Numbered from the stretch's first letter, positions 1 to 15,080 are shown. The stretch is DNA of 64,000 nt from the human T2T-CHM13v2.0 reference genome, Homo sapiens (GCF_009914755.1 NC_060930.1), one strand, 5' to 3'. The notes: a model not told the origin generated them from the sequence alone. Program-made: numbers and translations.

Positions 1-2634
<2,634 letters not shown>

Positions 2635-3002
2635 TTTAGGCTTTCCACCCACTTTGGTGAACTTTCACACACATGCCTTGACCTCTCAACATAATATTGA
2701 CAAAAGATCACCAGAAATGTTACACCAGAGTAGTCTCAGTGTCTTCCACTAATTACTTGGCTTTATATGTATCATGGTATGAACCCTAGAAAAAAAAGAT
2801 TCCCCCAGATGACCTCTCCCTACATTACGGAAATTTCAGAGTCTTGTGAAACTCTGAAAAACTTTGGGTTCTTTTCCATAAAGGGAGTCTGAGAAAATCT
2901 GGGAAAGAATGTGGAACACGGCCCTCAAGGCTTCAAAGTTCTGAGTAGCAGACATGACTTGGGGACACAAATGTTTTTCAAGTCTTCTTCCATTGTAAAT
3001 AT

Positions 3003-3406
3003 GCTGGTTAATTGTATATGTCAACTTTTTGGGTCACAGTGCTCAGATATTTGGTCAAACAGTATTCTGGATGAGGGTGTTTTTTTAGACAAGATTAACA
3101 TTTAAATTGTATTTTGAGTAAAGTAAGTTGCCCTCCATAATGTAGTGAGCATTATTCAATTAGTTAAAGGCCTTAATAGACAAGAGTGTCCTTTTCTAAC
3201 CAAGAAGGAATTGTGCCCCCAGTCAGCCTTCAGACTTGAAATGCAGCTTCCACTTTTCCCTGAATCTCCAGACTGCCACCCTACACCTGAAGATTTTGGA
3301 CTTGTCAGCCTCCAGTATCACATTAGCCAATTCCCTAAAATAAGTTTCTCTGGATAGATAGATAAGATAGAGATAAATAGAGATAGAGTTAAGGATAGAG
3401 ACAGAC

Positions 3407-3465
<59 letters not shown>

Positions 3466-3532
3466 CAGATAGATAGATAGATAGGCACATATCCTATTGA
3501 TTCTATTTTTCTGCAAATCCTTGGCTAATCTA
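3003..3532 (+). mobile_element. MLT2 (ERVL) solo LTR
   Basis: Starts tgctggttaattgtatatgtcaactt; contains gatatttggtcaaac; ends atcctattgattct...ctaatc; internal microsatellite at the usual MLT2 position. Confidence 0.75.
3354..3484. repeat. (GATA)n microsatellite
   Basis: Direct reading. Confidence 0.95.
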
Positions 3533-3727
3533 CTAAAAAATTCATTATAAATGGAATGAAAGCAATGGAAACAGAATATGTGTGTTTTTTAATAAAAATT
3601 TAGGCATTGGAATAATGGACTTTTGGCAAGAGACAAATTGTCTTGTATGAAGTAGAACTAATATATGCTTGACAGGAAGCTTGTTGATATAAATAAGAGA
3701 ACTCTAAATGAATCAAAGAGGTGAGGG

Positions 3728-3729
<2 letters not shown>

Positions 3730-3762
<33 letters not shown>
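3730..3762. repeat. (TG)n microsatellite
   Basis: Direct reading. Confidence 0.95.
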
Positions 3763-3766
<4 letters not shown>

Positions 3767-4600
3767 ATTCCTATTGGTTTTATGTGTGTGCATGTGTATT
3801 ACATATTCCTACTGGTTTTATTAATTAGTACCTGCAGACTGAATTTTCAAATGGTCCTGCTGAGTTTGTCATTTTAGTTCACAATCTGAAAGATATGAGA
3901 GGACAGGTTTTAATCCTACTTCAACTGCTCATTTCACTCAGGTTCCTAATTTCAGCTGATGGCTAACTCATTTTCAATCCTCTGTACCCATATTCTTCCT
4001 CCTGTGCTGCCATTTCAAGAGCTATCATTTTAATAAATGCATTGTCATCCTCCTATGTTACACTTAACTCCTCAATTTCTCATTTACTGTATCCCATGTT
4101 CAGTGGAAGAATTATCATAAAACTAATAATGCTTAACTTTCAGGGCCCCTCACACCCAAGGGTCACTTTCAAAACATTTAGCAGAGCCTTAACAATGATT
4201 TTGTGAGATTTGGAAAAATAAAGTATTTTGAAATTCTTTTTTTTAAAAAAGAGTACCAAGAAATCTACTGAGTTTCAGATCTTCATATACATGGTATGCT
4301 TCTGCCCCAAATGCAGGCTTTTAATATGTCCATGCATTAACTGACACTGGGTAGGATATTTAATTTATGACCTAGTGAAATTGAGAACTTAGAAATCTTC
4401 AATTTCCAAAAGAATGAATCAACATCACAAGATTAATTTATAAGAATCAATGTAAAGCCCTAATATTCATTTAAATTAATCAGTTTGTTGGATACAGACT
4501 GGAAAATGAAGGTTTGAGAGCAGCTCAAAAGTCCTAAGATGGTAGCACAATCATACTAGGAGCTAACAGTATGACACAACTGCTATAAACCCAAGGCAAG

Positions 4601-4730
4601 GGTCCGGTACAGTGGCTGTGCCTGTAATCCCAGAGCTTTGGGAGACCCAGGCAGGAGGATCACTTGAGGGCAGTAGTTAAAGGCCAGCCTGGGCAATACA
4701 GTGAGATCCCCATCTCTACCGAAAGAAAAA
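4601..4730 (+). mobile_element. Free left Alu monomer (FLAM-C-like)
   Basis: cctgtaatcccagagctttgggag..gcaggaggatcacttgag..ccagcctgggcaatacagtgagatccccatctct followed by an A-rich tail. Confidence 0.85.
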
Positions 4731-4731
4731 G

Positions 4732-5295
4732 TGTATTAGTTAGGGTTCTCCAGAGGGACAGAACCAATATATATGAGTCTATTAGGGAGGATTGGCTCAC
4801 ATGATTACAAAGCAAAGTCCCACAATAGGCTGTCTGCATGCTAGGGAAAGAGAAATGCTGGTAGTGTGGCTCAGTCCAAGTCCAAAAGCCTCAAAACTGG
4901 GAAAGCCAGCACTGCAGCCTTCAGTTAGAGGCCGACAGCCTGAGAATCCCCAGGAGGCCTTTGGTGCAAGTCCCAGAGTCAAAGGCCAAAGATCCTAGAG
5001 TCCGATGACCAAGGACAGGAGAAGAAGCCAAGTGTTTGGCACAGCATGGGTAGAGAGACAACAAGAAGCTTTAGCAAGCTGCTTACCCCAGTTCTTCTGC
5101 CTGCTTTGTTCTAGCAGCTCTGGCAGCTGATTAGATTGTGCCCAGCCACACTGAGGGTGAATCTTCCTCTCCCAGTCCACTGACTCAAATGTCAGTCTCC
5201 TCTGGCAACATCCTCACAGACACACCCAGAAACAATACTAGCCATCTAGGTATCCCTCAATCCAGTCAAGTTGACGCCTAATATTAACCATCACA
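4732..5295 (-). mobile_element. MLT2 (ERVL) solo LTR
   Basis: Termini tgtattagttagggttctccagagggacagaacc ... aagttgacgcctaatattaaccatcaca. Confidence 0.9.
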
Positions 5296-5710
5296 CCAAG
5301 GTAAACTTAGATTACAAACACTATATCCTGATCAAGAAAGATTAAATGTCCCTATTCTTCTTTATGCTTGGCAGATAATAAAATATCAGATTCAATTCTA
5401 GTATCTCCAACCTGAGTAGGTGGTTACCACGCAAGGATATCAGGATAATGCGCTAGACAAACTGATAATGCTGAAGAAAGAAAGTCTGTTTAACTTGGAT
5501 AATACTTGGATAAATGAAGAAGGACACAGGGATTGCATTCAAATTATTGAATAAACATTACATAGACTAGAAGGAGATGTTTTCTTCACTGCAGAAAACC
5601 AAAGTAGAATCAATAAGTAAAACTAAATTAACAAATATGTTCAATAATCAAAATGAGTTGCCTCAATAAATAACTAGTTCCATTTGGCATAAGCAGAAGC
5701 TTTAGGGGCT

Positions 5711-6274
5711 GTAGATTGTATTTTAGTTTCTAGTGTTTTGCTCCTTTCCTGAAAGAGGATTATTTATCCCTACCAAGGGCCATGTGACTTGCAGTATCTC
5801 TCTGTGGGTGTGTACTTCCTTGACCCATATGGGGTTTGTCCATGTGAAGTGCTTTGATCAATGATTGTCAGGGCCTGTTTACATGCCAGTTTTTCTGAAA
5901 CTTTAATGTGTTTACAAATTACCTGAAGATCCTGCTAAAATGAAATTCATATTCAGTAGGTCTAGATTGGGGCCTGAGATGCATTGCAGTATATCTAACA
6001 AGCTACCAAATAATGTTGAAGCTGCTAGCTATCGGGACAACTTTGAGTAGCAAGGATTCATACTACAATTAAGGTTTAAGAGGCATCATGACTTTCACAT
6101 ATCTCTCTTGCTTTTTCCCCCTGCCACAAAACCAACAAGTCCTAAATCTATGCTACTTCTTCACCTGGGTCCTAGAATAAGATATGTGGAGCAGGGCCAC
6201 AGCTATCAATATTAAAATAAACAGGAAATATACATTTGGGGATTATTTGTTACTTCAGCAAGGCTGACTAATAC
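5711..6274 (+). mobile_element. MLT1-type MaLR LTR, interrupted by a MER5
   Basis: ggccatgtgacttgc motif; ends gttacttcagcaaggctgactaataca. Confidence 0.6.
5886..6056. mobile_element. MER5-like hAT-Charlie MITE
   Basis: attcagtaggtctagattggggcctgaga..ctaacaagct..actttgagtagcaagg. Confidence 0.7.
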
Positions 6275-6789
6275 AAGATCCATCTCTGAGCAGTCTCATA
6301 GAAGGCATTCCTGAAATGAGAATGCATGTGGACTTAATTCCATGTGTCTTTAGAAATCTAGAATCTACATTTGTGAATTCTGGCTCATACTACTGGTAAA
6401 GATAGTTACACTTCTGCAAACCGTTCATAGATTACAGTTTGAACAGGTTTATGTGCACCAACCATCAGAACCTTAATAAAATATTGGGGCTGACATTTTT
6501 CACTCCCATATATCCCATAGCTGATATATTTGAATACTTGAAGGCCTCTTAGCACTTCAAACAGAAAATGCACTTGGGTGAATAGTAATCATGAAGCCTA
6601 ATTTTCCAACACCATGGAAAGTGCCTTAGGGAAAGGAGGCTGGTGTTTAGTTAGGGGGAAATGCCCCCTCACATTTTTAAATAACATTTTCAGCCAGTTA
6701 CTAAAGGTTTAGGGTGAGAGACATTCAGGATGTAGCCCTGGGAGAGGGAGGATAAAAATAAGGACTTCAGATGAGATAAGTCATGTTCA

Positions 6790-6952
6790 GAGTGGTAAAA
6801 GAGTAGATTTTAGGTACTCTTGCCACACGCAATAAAAGGGTAACTATATGAGATGATGGATATGTTAATTTGCTTAACTATCTATAATGACCATTTCACT
6901 ATGTGTATATCAAAACATCATGTGGTACACTTTAGACATATACAATAAAAAG
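6790..6952 (+). mobile_element. L1M (L1MA/MB-like) 3' end fragment
   Basis: gagtagattttagg..ggtaactatatgagatgatggatatgttaatt..tatcaaaacatcatg..tacaataaaaa. Confidence 0.75.
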
Positions 6953-9900
6953 TCTTCAGAAGACTTCAGGTCAAAAGTAAGAAGCTCTCCATCCTGTGGC
7001 AAAAATCGTGAAATGTTTAGTGTCACATGAGTCTAGGTCTTAGATAAGCAACATAGGTATGAAGTTGAGATGGTAACTGTGGGACTTTACCAGTCTCAAG
7101 AGGTTTAGGAATGATTGTCTTAAATACATAGAAAAATTGCCTGAACAAGAGGAAAGCACACCTTCCTCAAGGAAGCCTGAAAGGAAAACTCCCCACATTC
7201 AGCTATTCTAAGCTAGCTGACAGACACCCTCATGAGATTACGATTTTGGCAGGATAAAGGAAGAGTTGTTGCCAACGTCATAGCCAAACCATTTAATTAA
7301 TGTTGTTTTATCTTAATTAAACTTATTATTATAACCATTCACTAAGTGTAGCTTTCCTGTCTTTCCAATATTCTCAGGAGTACTAGAAGAACAAATATGC
7401 CAGCCCAGCAATATTCCATGAAATTGATTACCAAGGGAAATCTGTTAAATTGTACTCTAACACAGACGCTTTTCTTGGATTTACTCTTTGAATTTTAGGG
7501 TTTGTTTTAAAATTGGTTGGAGCAGTAGTAACACATATTTAGGAAAACAAACCCCGAATGAAGCCCCTACATGAAAACCTATTGATTTAATATTTAATGC
7601 ATTAATAATCAACTCATCTGGCTCATCAACTTTAGAGGGTGATCATCAGTTATCAGTCTCATGAAATCTTCCATTGCCAACCAAAAATGTTTTATTAATA
7701 TTTTCCTTTTTCTATGTTGCAAACCCTATTAATTTTTAAACAGACTTCTTATATATATCCCTGAGTTGCAATATTGCTGAATGATTATTGACTGTATATC
7801 ATAAAACCTGAAAAAAATCACCATTTTCTTCTGAAATGTGATGATCTGCATTTTAAAATGTTCTAAGAAACCATATTTTTCAAGTTTATGCAAATTGGTA
7901 AACTTCATTATTAAGAATGGCTTTTACTTTACTGTGAACATAACCGTGCACATGCTCTTAATGAGCCATACATTTACATTGGTAGCTGTATTACCCGCTT
8001 CTTCATCCTAAATGAACTTCATATTTCTAGAGCATTTTCCCCCAAAGCTAAAGATATTTTATATGTGTCGTGTTATAAACTAAGAATGCCTAAAAGTTAC
8101 TTAGCAACAACCATCATCATTGAACTACGCTCAAGTAAATCAAAGCTAGGGGTAATAAGAAAATTATGGTTAAACTTGGTGAATATCCTTACTTATGATA
8201 AAGTAAATGCTTTATAAAGTCTAACATCATAGTTCTAGAGTTCATTCATCTTTGTGTTTCTTTGCTTGTTTTTTATTTGAATTTTTTGATTCGTTTACTT
8301 AATTAGCACTTAGAGACTTAGTTGTGTAGTAGCCTAGCAAGAGAACAGGAAAAAGAACCTTGAGTTTTCTGTGCATCCTAGGTAATGACTCACCATTTGA
8401 CTTTGAGCTAAGGTTCCAACCAGCACAACCCTCTACTTGGTCAAGATTACTGCTCCAGAAGAAAAATAATATTTATTTACTTATCTAGAGAGCAACAATT
8501 TTTAATTAATGTTTTTAAAGAGCTTTTGACCTCCTTAAACATGTACTAGCCTTTGTGTAATGATCTCTATTTTTGGTTTGGTCATTATTTTTTGAATCAC
8601 ATTTAAAATGACTTCCAAAAAAGATATTGGAATAAAATGTTAGGTAAATTAAAATTAAAAGAAGACTACTCATTTTTAATGTTAGACTATGTTACATTGC
8701 ACATAAGGGAGAGATGCTCTGTGACCTTCAATGAAGACATAATAGAAACCTAAGAATTCCACCCATTTGAAAAGAGAATATGGCTATCACCTTGGCATTT
8801 CTGTAGAGCATTGCTCTCTGTGACAAGAATTTTATCATTACCAAATCAACAACAGAAACAACTGAGTCCCAAGGTATTTTTAAATGCACACAGCTACTAC
8901 CAATTAGCTAAAATCTGTCATGAAGTTTAGTCTTAACTATTGCTGCTTCCCTGTGAGAATTTAAGAATTGAAACAAATTCCTTATCCTACAAATTCATGA
9001 TGTGAGCATTGGTTTTGGACCTCATGTCCCAAAATGTAAACCCATCATTTTAAAAGACTGGTTTCCCTAAAATTATGCCTTCCTCATTTTTTCCATTTCA
9101 AAGGCAATATCTACCTCAAAAAAATTTATCTCTAAACCTCATGTAATTACTACTTCATGTTTTATTGTCTTAAATAGCTTGTCTTTTATATCTTCCTAAA
9201 TGTTATGAAACACAAGCACAAACTGAAATTACAAATAAAACATGCAGCTTTAATTTTAAATATATGTATTTATATAAGTAATATTAAAGGCAGCATAGCC
9301 TCAGCTACTCCACCAGAGTGCTTTTGCCAGTGGCTACCACCATAGCACTTTCTCCAGAGACTTCCACCCACTCCCACCAGAGTGTGTTTGCCTGCGACTC
9401 TGCAACCTCCCTACCACCGTGCTTGTCATCTGCAAGGCCCCTGTTGCCCCTGCCAGAGCAATTTTTTCACACAGTGCCTCTGCCACCCCTGATAGACCAC
9501 TGTTGCCAGTGGTCTGGCAGGACCTTGGCCCCTCCATCCCAGCTGGGGCTAAACCTCGAGAGACAAGAACACAAAACCATGGGCCTGGTCCCAGCCACCC
9601 AGGGTTAGAGCATACAGCCTAGAAGTGCAGAGCTAAGCCTTGGCCCTCTGAAAGCATCCAGAAACAAAAGTATTCAACTATACCCAACTTGTACCACAGT
9701 CAAATATTTAAGGGGAATAAAGAACATAAAAACAAAAAGCCCTATCCAAAGAACAGTAACTTCAAAGGATAAAGGAACATCAACCCACACAAATGAGAAA
9801 GAACCAGTGCAAGAACTCTGACAACTCTAAAATCCAAAGTGTCTTCTTACCTTCAAATGATCACACTAGCTCCCCAGCAATTGTTCTTAACCAGATTGAA

Positions 9901-10370
9901 ATGTCTGAAAATTCAGACATATAATGCAGAATCTGGATGGCCAGGTAGTTCATCAAGATATAAGAGAAAGTTAAAACCCAATCTGAGGAAAACAGTAAAA
10001 TGACCCAAAAGTTGAAAGATGACATAACCTTTTGAAGAAAGAACAAAACTGAGTTCTGGAAATGAAAAATTTACTCCAGAAATTTTTAAATATAATTGGA
10101 AGAATTAACAGCATAATAGACCAAGCTGATGAAAGAATCTCAGAAGCTGAAGTCCACTCCTTTGAAGCAACACAAGCAGAAAAAAAAAGTACAATTTTAA
10201 AAAACGAATAAAACCTATGAGAAAAATGGGACTGTGTAAAGAGGTAAAAAGACCAAATCTATGACCCATCAGCATTCCTGAAAGACAATGAGAGAGAACA
10301 AACAACTTGGAAAACATATCTGAGAATACAGTTCACAAAAATTTTCTCAATTTCACTAGAGAAAACTTGC

Positions 10371-10689
10371 TGATATGGATTGGCTCTGTGTCCCCACCCA
10401 AATCTCATCTTATAGTTCCCATAATTTCCTTGTGTTGTGGGAGGGAGCCAGTGAGAGATGATTGAATCATGGGGGCCGTGCTGTTCTCGTGATAGTGAAT
10501 GGGTCTCATGAGATCTGATGGTTTCAAAGAATGGGAGTTTCTCTGCACAAGCTCTCTTTGCGTGCTGCCATTTCACGTAAGATATGACTTGCTCCTCCTC
10601 GCCTTTAATCATGGTTATGAGGCCCCCCCCAGCCATGTGGATCTGTAAGTCCAATCAAACCTCTTTCTGCATGAAAATGGACTAATACA
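10371..10689 (+). mobile_element. THE1/MST-type MaLR solo LTR, internally shortened
   Basis: Termini tgatatggattggctctgtgtccccacccaaatctcatct ... gaaaatggactaataca. Confidence 0.9.
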
Positions 10690-10706
10690 CATGTAAATGC
10701 AGGAAA

Positions 10707-10767
10707 TGTGTGTGTGTGTATATATATATATATATGCACACACATACACACACCGGGGGTCTATTGG

Positions 10768-10820
<53 letters not shown>

Positions 10821-10940
10821 ATATATATATAAAATATGTATATAATATACACTATATATAATATGTATATAATATACACTATATATATTATATGTATATA
10901 ATATATATACATATATCTCTCTATTTATATATGTATACAC
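10707..10940. repeat. Compound (TG)(TA)(CA)(CT) microsatellite plus a ~27-bp AT-rich unit repeated about 2.5 times
   Basis: Unit atgtatataatatacactatatata repeats at ~10836-10910. Confidence 0.9.
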
Positions 10941-13101
10941 AATCCAGAAACAAAAGTATTCAACTACACCCAACTTGTACCACAGTCAAACACTCGAGGG
11001 CAATAAAGAACGTAAAAACAAAAAGTCCTATCCAAAGGACAGTAACTTCAAAGAATAAAGGAACATCAGCCCTCAAAAATGAGATAGAACTAGTCCAAGA
11101 ACTCTGACAACTCTAAAAATCAAAGTGTCCTCTTACCTTCAAGTGATCACACTAGCTCCTCAGCAGTGGTTCTTAACCAGATTGAAATGGCTGAAATACA
11201 CACACATACCCCCAATGTTGGAGCACCCAGATTCATAAAACAAATTCTTACAGATCTACAAGGACATTAGACAATCACAAAATAACAATGGGGGACTTCA
11301 ACATCCCACTGACAGCATTAGACAGATTATTGAGGCAGAAAACTAACCAAAAATATCTAGGACTTAAACTGTACAATTGATGAATCAGACTTGAAAGACA
11401 TCTACAGAACACTCCATCCAAACACAACAGAATATGCATTCTTATCTGCACATGCACGCACTCTAAGATTAACCACATGCTCAGCCATAAAGCAAGTCTC
11501 AACAAATTCAAAAATATTAAAATCATACCAATCACACTCTTTGACCACAGAACAATAAAATAGAAATCAATACCAAGAAGATCTGTCAAAACCATACAAT
11601 TACATGGAAGTTAAACAACTTGGTCCTGAATGACTTTTGGGTAAAGAATAAAATTAAGGCACAAATCAAAAAAATTATTTGAACCTAATGAAAACGGAGA
11701 CATAACATACCAGAATCCTTGAGACACAGCAAAAGCAGTATTAAGAGGAAAGTTTATAGCACTAAATATCTACCTCAAGAAGTTAGAAAAATCCTAAATT
11801 AACAACCTAATGTTATGCCTAGAGGAACTAGAAAAACAAGAGCAAACCAACCACAAAGATAGTAGACAAAAAGAAATAATCAAAATTAGAGCTGAACCAA
11901 ATGAAACTGAGATACAAAAATGCATACAAAAAAATCCGCAAAACCAAAAGTTGTTTTTTGAAAGATTAAACTAGGTATATAGACTGCTAGCTAGATTAGT
12001 AAAGAAAAAAGAGAGAAGATCCAAATAAACACAATCAGAAATGACAAAGGGGTCAATGCAATCAACCCCACAGAAATACAAAAAAAAAAAACAAAAACAA
12101 AAAATAACAACAACCTTAGAGACTAATATGAAATACAAACTATAAAACCTAGAAGAAAAGGGTAAATGCCTGGAAACACACAGCCTCCCAAGATTGAACC
12201 AGGAAGAAAATGAAATCCTGAACAGACCAATAATGAGCTATAAAATTAATCAGTTACAAAAGGCCTACCAAAAAAAAAAAAAAGTCCTGGACCAGATGGG
12301 TTCACAGACAAATTCTACCAGGTGTAAAAAAAAAAAAAAAAAAAAGAGCTAGTACCAATCTTACTGAAATTATTCCAAAAAAAGTCAAGGAGGTGGGACT
12401 CCTCAGCTCATTCTATGAAAATAGCAACATTCTGATACCAAAACCTGTCAGAGACACAGTGGAAAAAAACAAAACTGTTGGTCACTATTCCAGATAAATA
12501 TAGATGCAAAATTTCTAAACAAAACACTAGCAAACTGAATCCAGCAGCACAAAAAAAAACGTTAATTCACCATGACCAAGTAGGCTTTTGGTTCAACATA
12601 TACAAATCAATAAATGTGATTCACCACACAAACAGAATTAAAATTTAAAAAACCACATAATTATCTCAAGACATGTAGAAATGGCTTTTGGTAAAATTCA
12701 ATGTCCCTTCATGGTAAAAACTCTCAACAAATCAGGCATTGAAGGAACATACCTCAAAATAGTTAGAGCCATATATAACAAAGCCACAGCCAACACTGCA
12801 CTGAACAGGCAAAAGCTGGAAGCATTTCCCTTGAGAACTGGAATAAGACAAGTATGTCCATTCTCATCACTCCTGTTCAACATAGTACTGGAATTCCCTG
12901 CTAGAGCACTCAAGTGAGAGAAAGAAATAAAAACTATCTAAATAGGAAGGGAGGCTGTCAAACTATCTCTGTTTGCAGACAGTATGATTTCTACGCCTAG
13001 AAAAACCCCATAGACTCCACCGGAAGACATCTAGATCTGATAAATGACAAAAATCTATAAACCTGAACCTTGTAAAGTTTCAGGATACAAAATCAATGTA
13101 C

Positions 13102-13114
13102 AAAAATCAGTAGC
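13102..13114 (+). repeat. 5' TSD of the young L1 (aaaaatcagtagc)
   Basis: Identical 13-mer at 19643-19655. Removing the insert restores host ORF2 sequence. Confidence 0.95.
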
Positions 13115-14009
13115 GAAGATGGCCAAATAGGAACAGCTCCGGTCTACAGCTCCCAGCGTGAGTGACGCAGAAGACGGGTGATTTCTGCATTTCCATCTGA
13201 GGTACCGGGTTCATCTCACTAGGGAGTGCCAGACAGTGGGCGCAGGCCAGTGGGTGCGCACACTGTGGGCGAGCCAAAGCAGGGCGAGGCATTGCCTCAC
13301 CTGAGAAGTGCAAGGGGTCAGGGAGTTCCCTTTCCGAGTCAAAGAAAGGGGTAATGGAGGCACCTGGAAAATCGGGTCACTCCCACCCGAATATTGTGCT
13401 TTTCAGACCGGCTTAAAAAACGGCGCACCACGAGACTATATCCCACACCTGGCTCAGAGGGTCCTACGCCCATGGAATCTCGCTGATTGCTAGCACAGCA
13501 GTCTGAGATCAAACTGCAAGGCGGCAGCGAGGCTGGGGGAGGGGCGCCCGCCATTGCCCAGGCTTGCTTAGGTAAACAAAGCAGCCCAGAAGTTCCAACT
13601 GGGTGGAGCCCACCACAGCTCAAGGAGGCCTGCCTGCCTCTGTAGGCTCCACCTCTGGGGGCAGGGCACAGACAAACAAAAAGACACCAGTAACCTCGGC
13701 AGACTTAAGTGTCCCTGTCTGACAGCTTGGAAGAGAGCAGTGGTTCTCCCAGCACGCAGCTGGAGATCTGAGAACTGGCAGACTGCCTCCTCAAGTGGGT
13801 CCCTGACCCCTGACCCCCGAGCAGCCTAACTGGGAGGCACCCCCCAGCAGGGGCACACTGACACCTCACACGGCAGGGTATTCCAACAGACCTGCAGCTG
13901 AGGGTCCTGTCTGTTAGAAGGAAAACTAACAAACAGAAAGGACATCCACACCGAAAACCCAACTGTACATCACCATCATCAAAGACCAAACGTAGATAAA
14001 ACCACAAAG
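13115..14009 (+). promoter_or_regulatory. L1 5'UTR internal sense and antisense promoter; YY1 core AAGATGGCC at 13116-13124
   Basis: CpG-rich L1 5'UTR sequence. Promoter function is established for this family but not shown for this copy. Confidence 0.85.
13339..13554 (-). CDS. ORF0: LINE-1 ORF0, intact 71 aa
   Basis: MAGAPPPASLPPCSLISDCCASNQRDSMGVGPSEPGVGYSLVVRRFLSRSEKHNIRVGVTRFSRCLHYPFL*. The ATG is the reverse complement of cat at 13552-13554, inside track ORF 13339..13623. Confidence 0.88.
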   Translation of the reverse strand: MAGAPPPASLPPCSLISDCCASNQRDSMGVGPSEPGVGYSLVVRRFLSRSEKHNIRVGVTRFSRCLHYPFL

Positions 14010-15017
14010 ATGGGGAAAAAACAGAACAGAAAAACTGGAAACTCTAAAACGCAGAGCGCCTCTCCTCCTCCAAAGGAACGCAGTTCCTCACCAGCAACGG
14101 AACAAAGCTGGATGGAGAATGACTTTGACGAGCTGAGAGAAGAAGGCTTCAGACGATCAAATTACTCTGAGCTACGGGAGGACATTCAAACCAAAGGCAA
14201 AGAAGTTGAAAACTTTGAAAAAAATTTAGAAGAATGTATAACTAGAATAACCAATACAGAGAAGTGCTTAAAGGAGCTGATGGAGCTGAAAACCAAGGCT
14301 CGAGAACTATGTGAAGAATGCAGAAGCCTCAGGAGCCGATGCGATCAACTGGAAGAAAGGGCATCAGCAATGGAAGATGAAATGAATGAAATGAAGCGAG
14401 AAGGGAAGTTTAGAGAAAAAAGAATAAAAAGAAATGAGCAAGAAATATGGGACTATGTGAAAAGACCAAATCTACGTCTGATAGGTGTACCTGAAAGTGA
14501 TGTGGAGAATGGAACCAAGTTGGAAAAGACTCTGCAGGATATTATCCAGGAGAACTTCCCCAATCTAGCAAGGAAGGCCAACGTTCAGATTCAGGAAATA
14601 CAGAGAACGCCACAAAGATACTCCTCGAGAAGAGCAACTCCAAGACACATAATTGTCAGATTCACCAAAGTTGAAATGAAGGAAAAAATGTTAAGGGCAG
14701 CCAGAGAGAAAGGTGGGGTTACCCTCAAAGGGAAGCCCATCAGACTAACAGCGAATCTCTCAGCAGAAACCCTACAAGCCAGAAGAGAGTGGGGGCCAAT
14801 ATTCAACATTCTTAAAGAAAAGAATTTTCAACCCAGAATTTCATATCCAGCCAAACTAAGCTTCATAAGTGAAGGAGAAATAAAATACTTTATAGACAAG
14901 CAAATGCTGAGAGATTTTGTCACCACCAGGCCTGCCCTAAAAGAGCTCCTGAAGGAAGCGCTAAACATGGAAAGGAACAACCAGTACCAGCCGCTGCAAA
15001 ATCATGCCAAAATGTAA
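14010..15017 (+). CDS. ORF1: LINE-1 ORF1p RNA-binding chaperone, open, 335 aa (SLQ deleted)
   Basis: MGKKQNRKTGNSK...QNHAKM*. REKG, ARR and YPAKLS motifs present. Confidence 0.95.
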   Translation: MGKKQNRKTGNSKTQSASPPPKERSSSPATEQSWMENDFDELREEGFRRSNYSELREDIQTKGKEVENFEKNLEECITRITNTEKCLKELMELKTKARELCEECRSLRSRCDQLEERASAMEDEMNEMKREGKFREKRIKRNEQEIWDYVKRPNLRLIGVPESDVENGTKLEKTLQDIIQENFPNLARKANVQIQEIQRTPQRYSSRRATPRHIIVRFTKVEMKEKMLRAAREKGGVTLKGKPIRLTANLSAETLQARREWGPIFNILKEKNFQPRISYPAKLSFISEGEIKYFIDKQMLRDFVTTRPALKELLKEALNMERNNQYQPLQNHAKM

Positions 15018-15080
15018 AGACCATCGAGACTAGGAAGAAACTGTATCAACTAACGAGCAAAATCACCAGCTAACATCATA

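Larger units (their letters stand above)
4370..5700 (+). mobile_element. Possible ancient CR1/L3 relic, split by a FLAM and an MLT2
   Basis: Weak resemblance to CR1 RT/3' region (cagtatgacacaactgctataaacccaagg; attcaaattattgaat). Confidence 0.35.

Noticed and set aside
3223-3516. ORFs with repetitive peptides (YLSI, ERER at 10682-10973, HTHT at 24907-25109, VCVC at 50086-50378, F/L/P/S-rich at 57729-58063)
   Set aside because: These are translations of microsatellites or low-complexity tracts.
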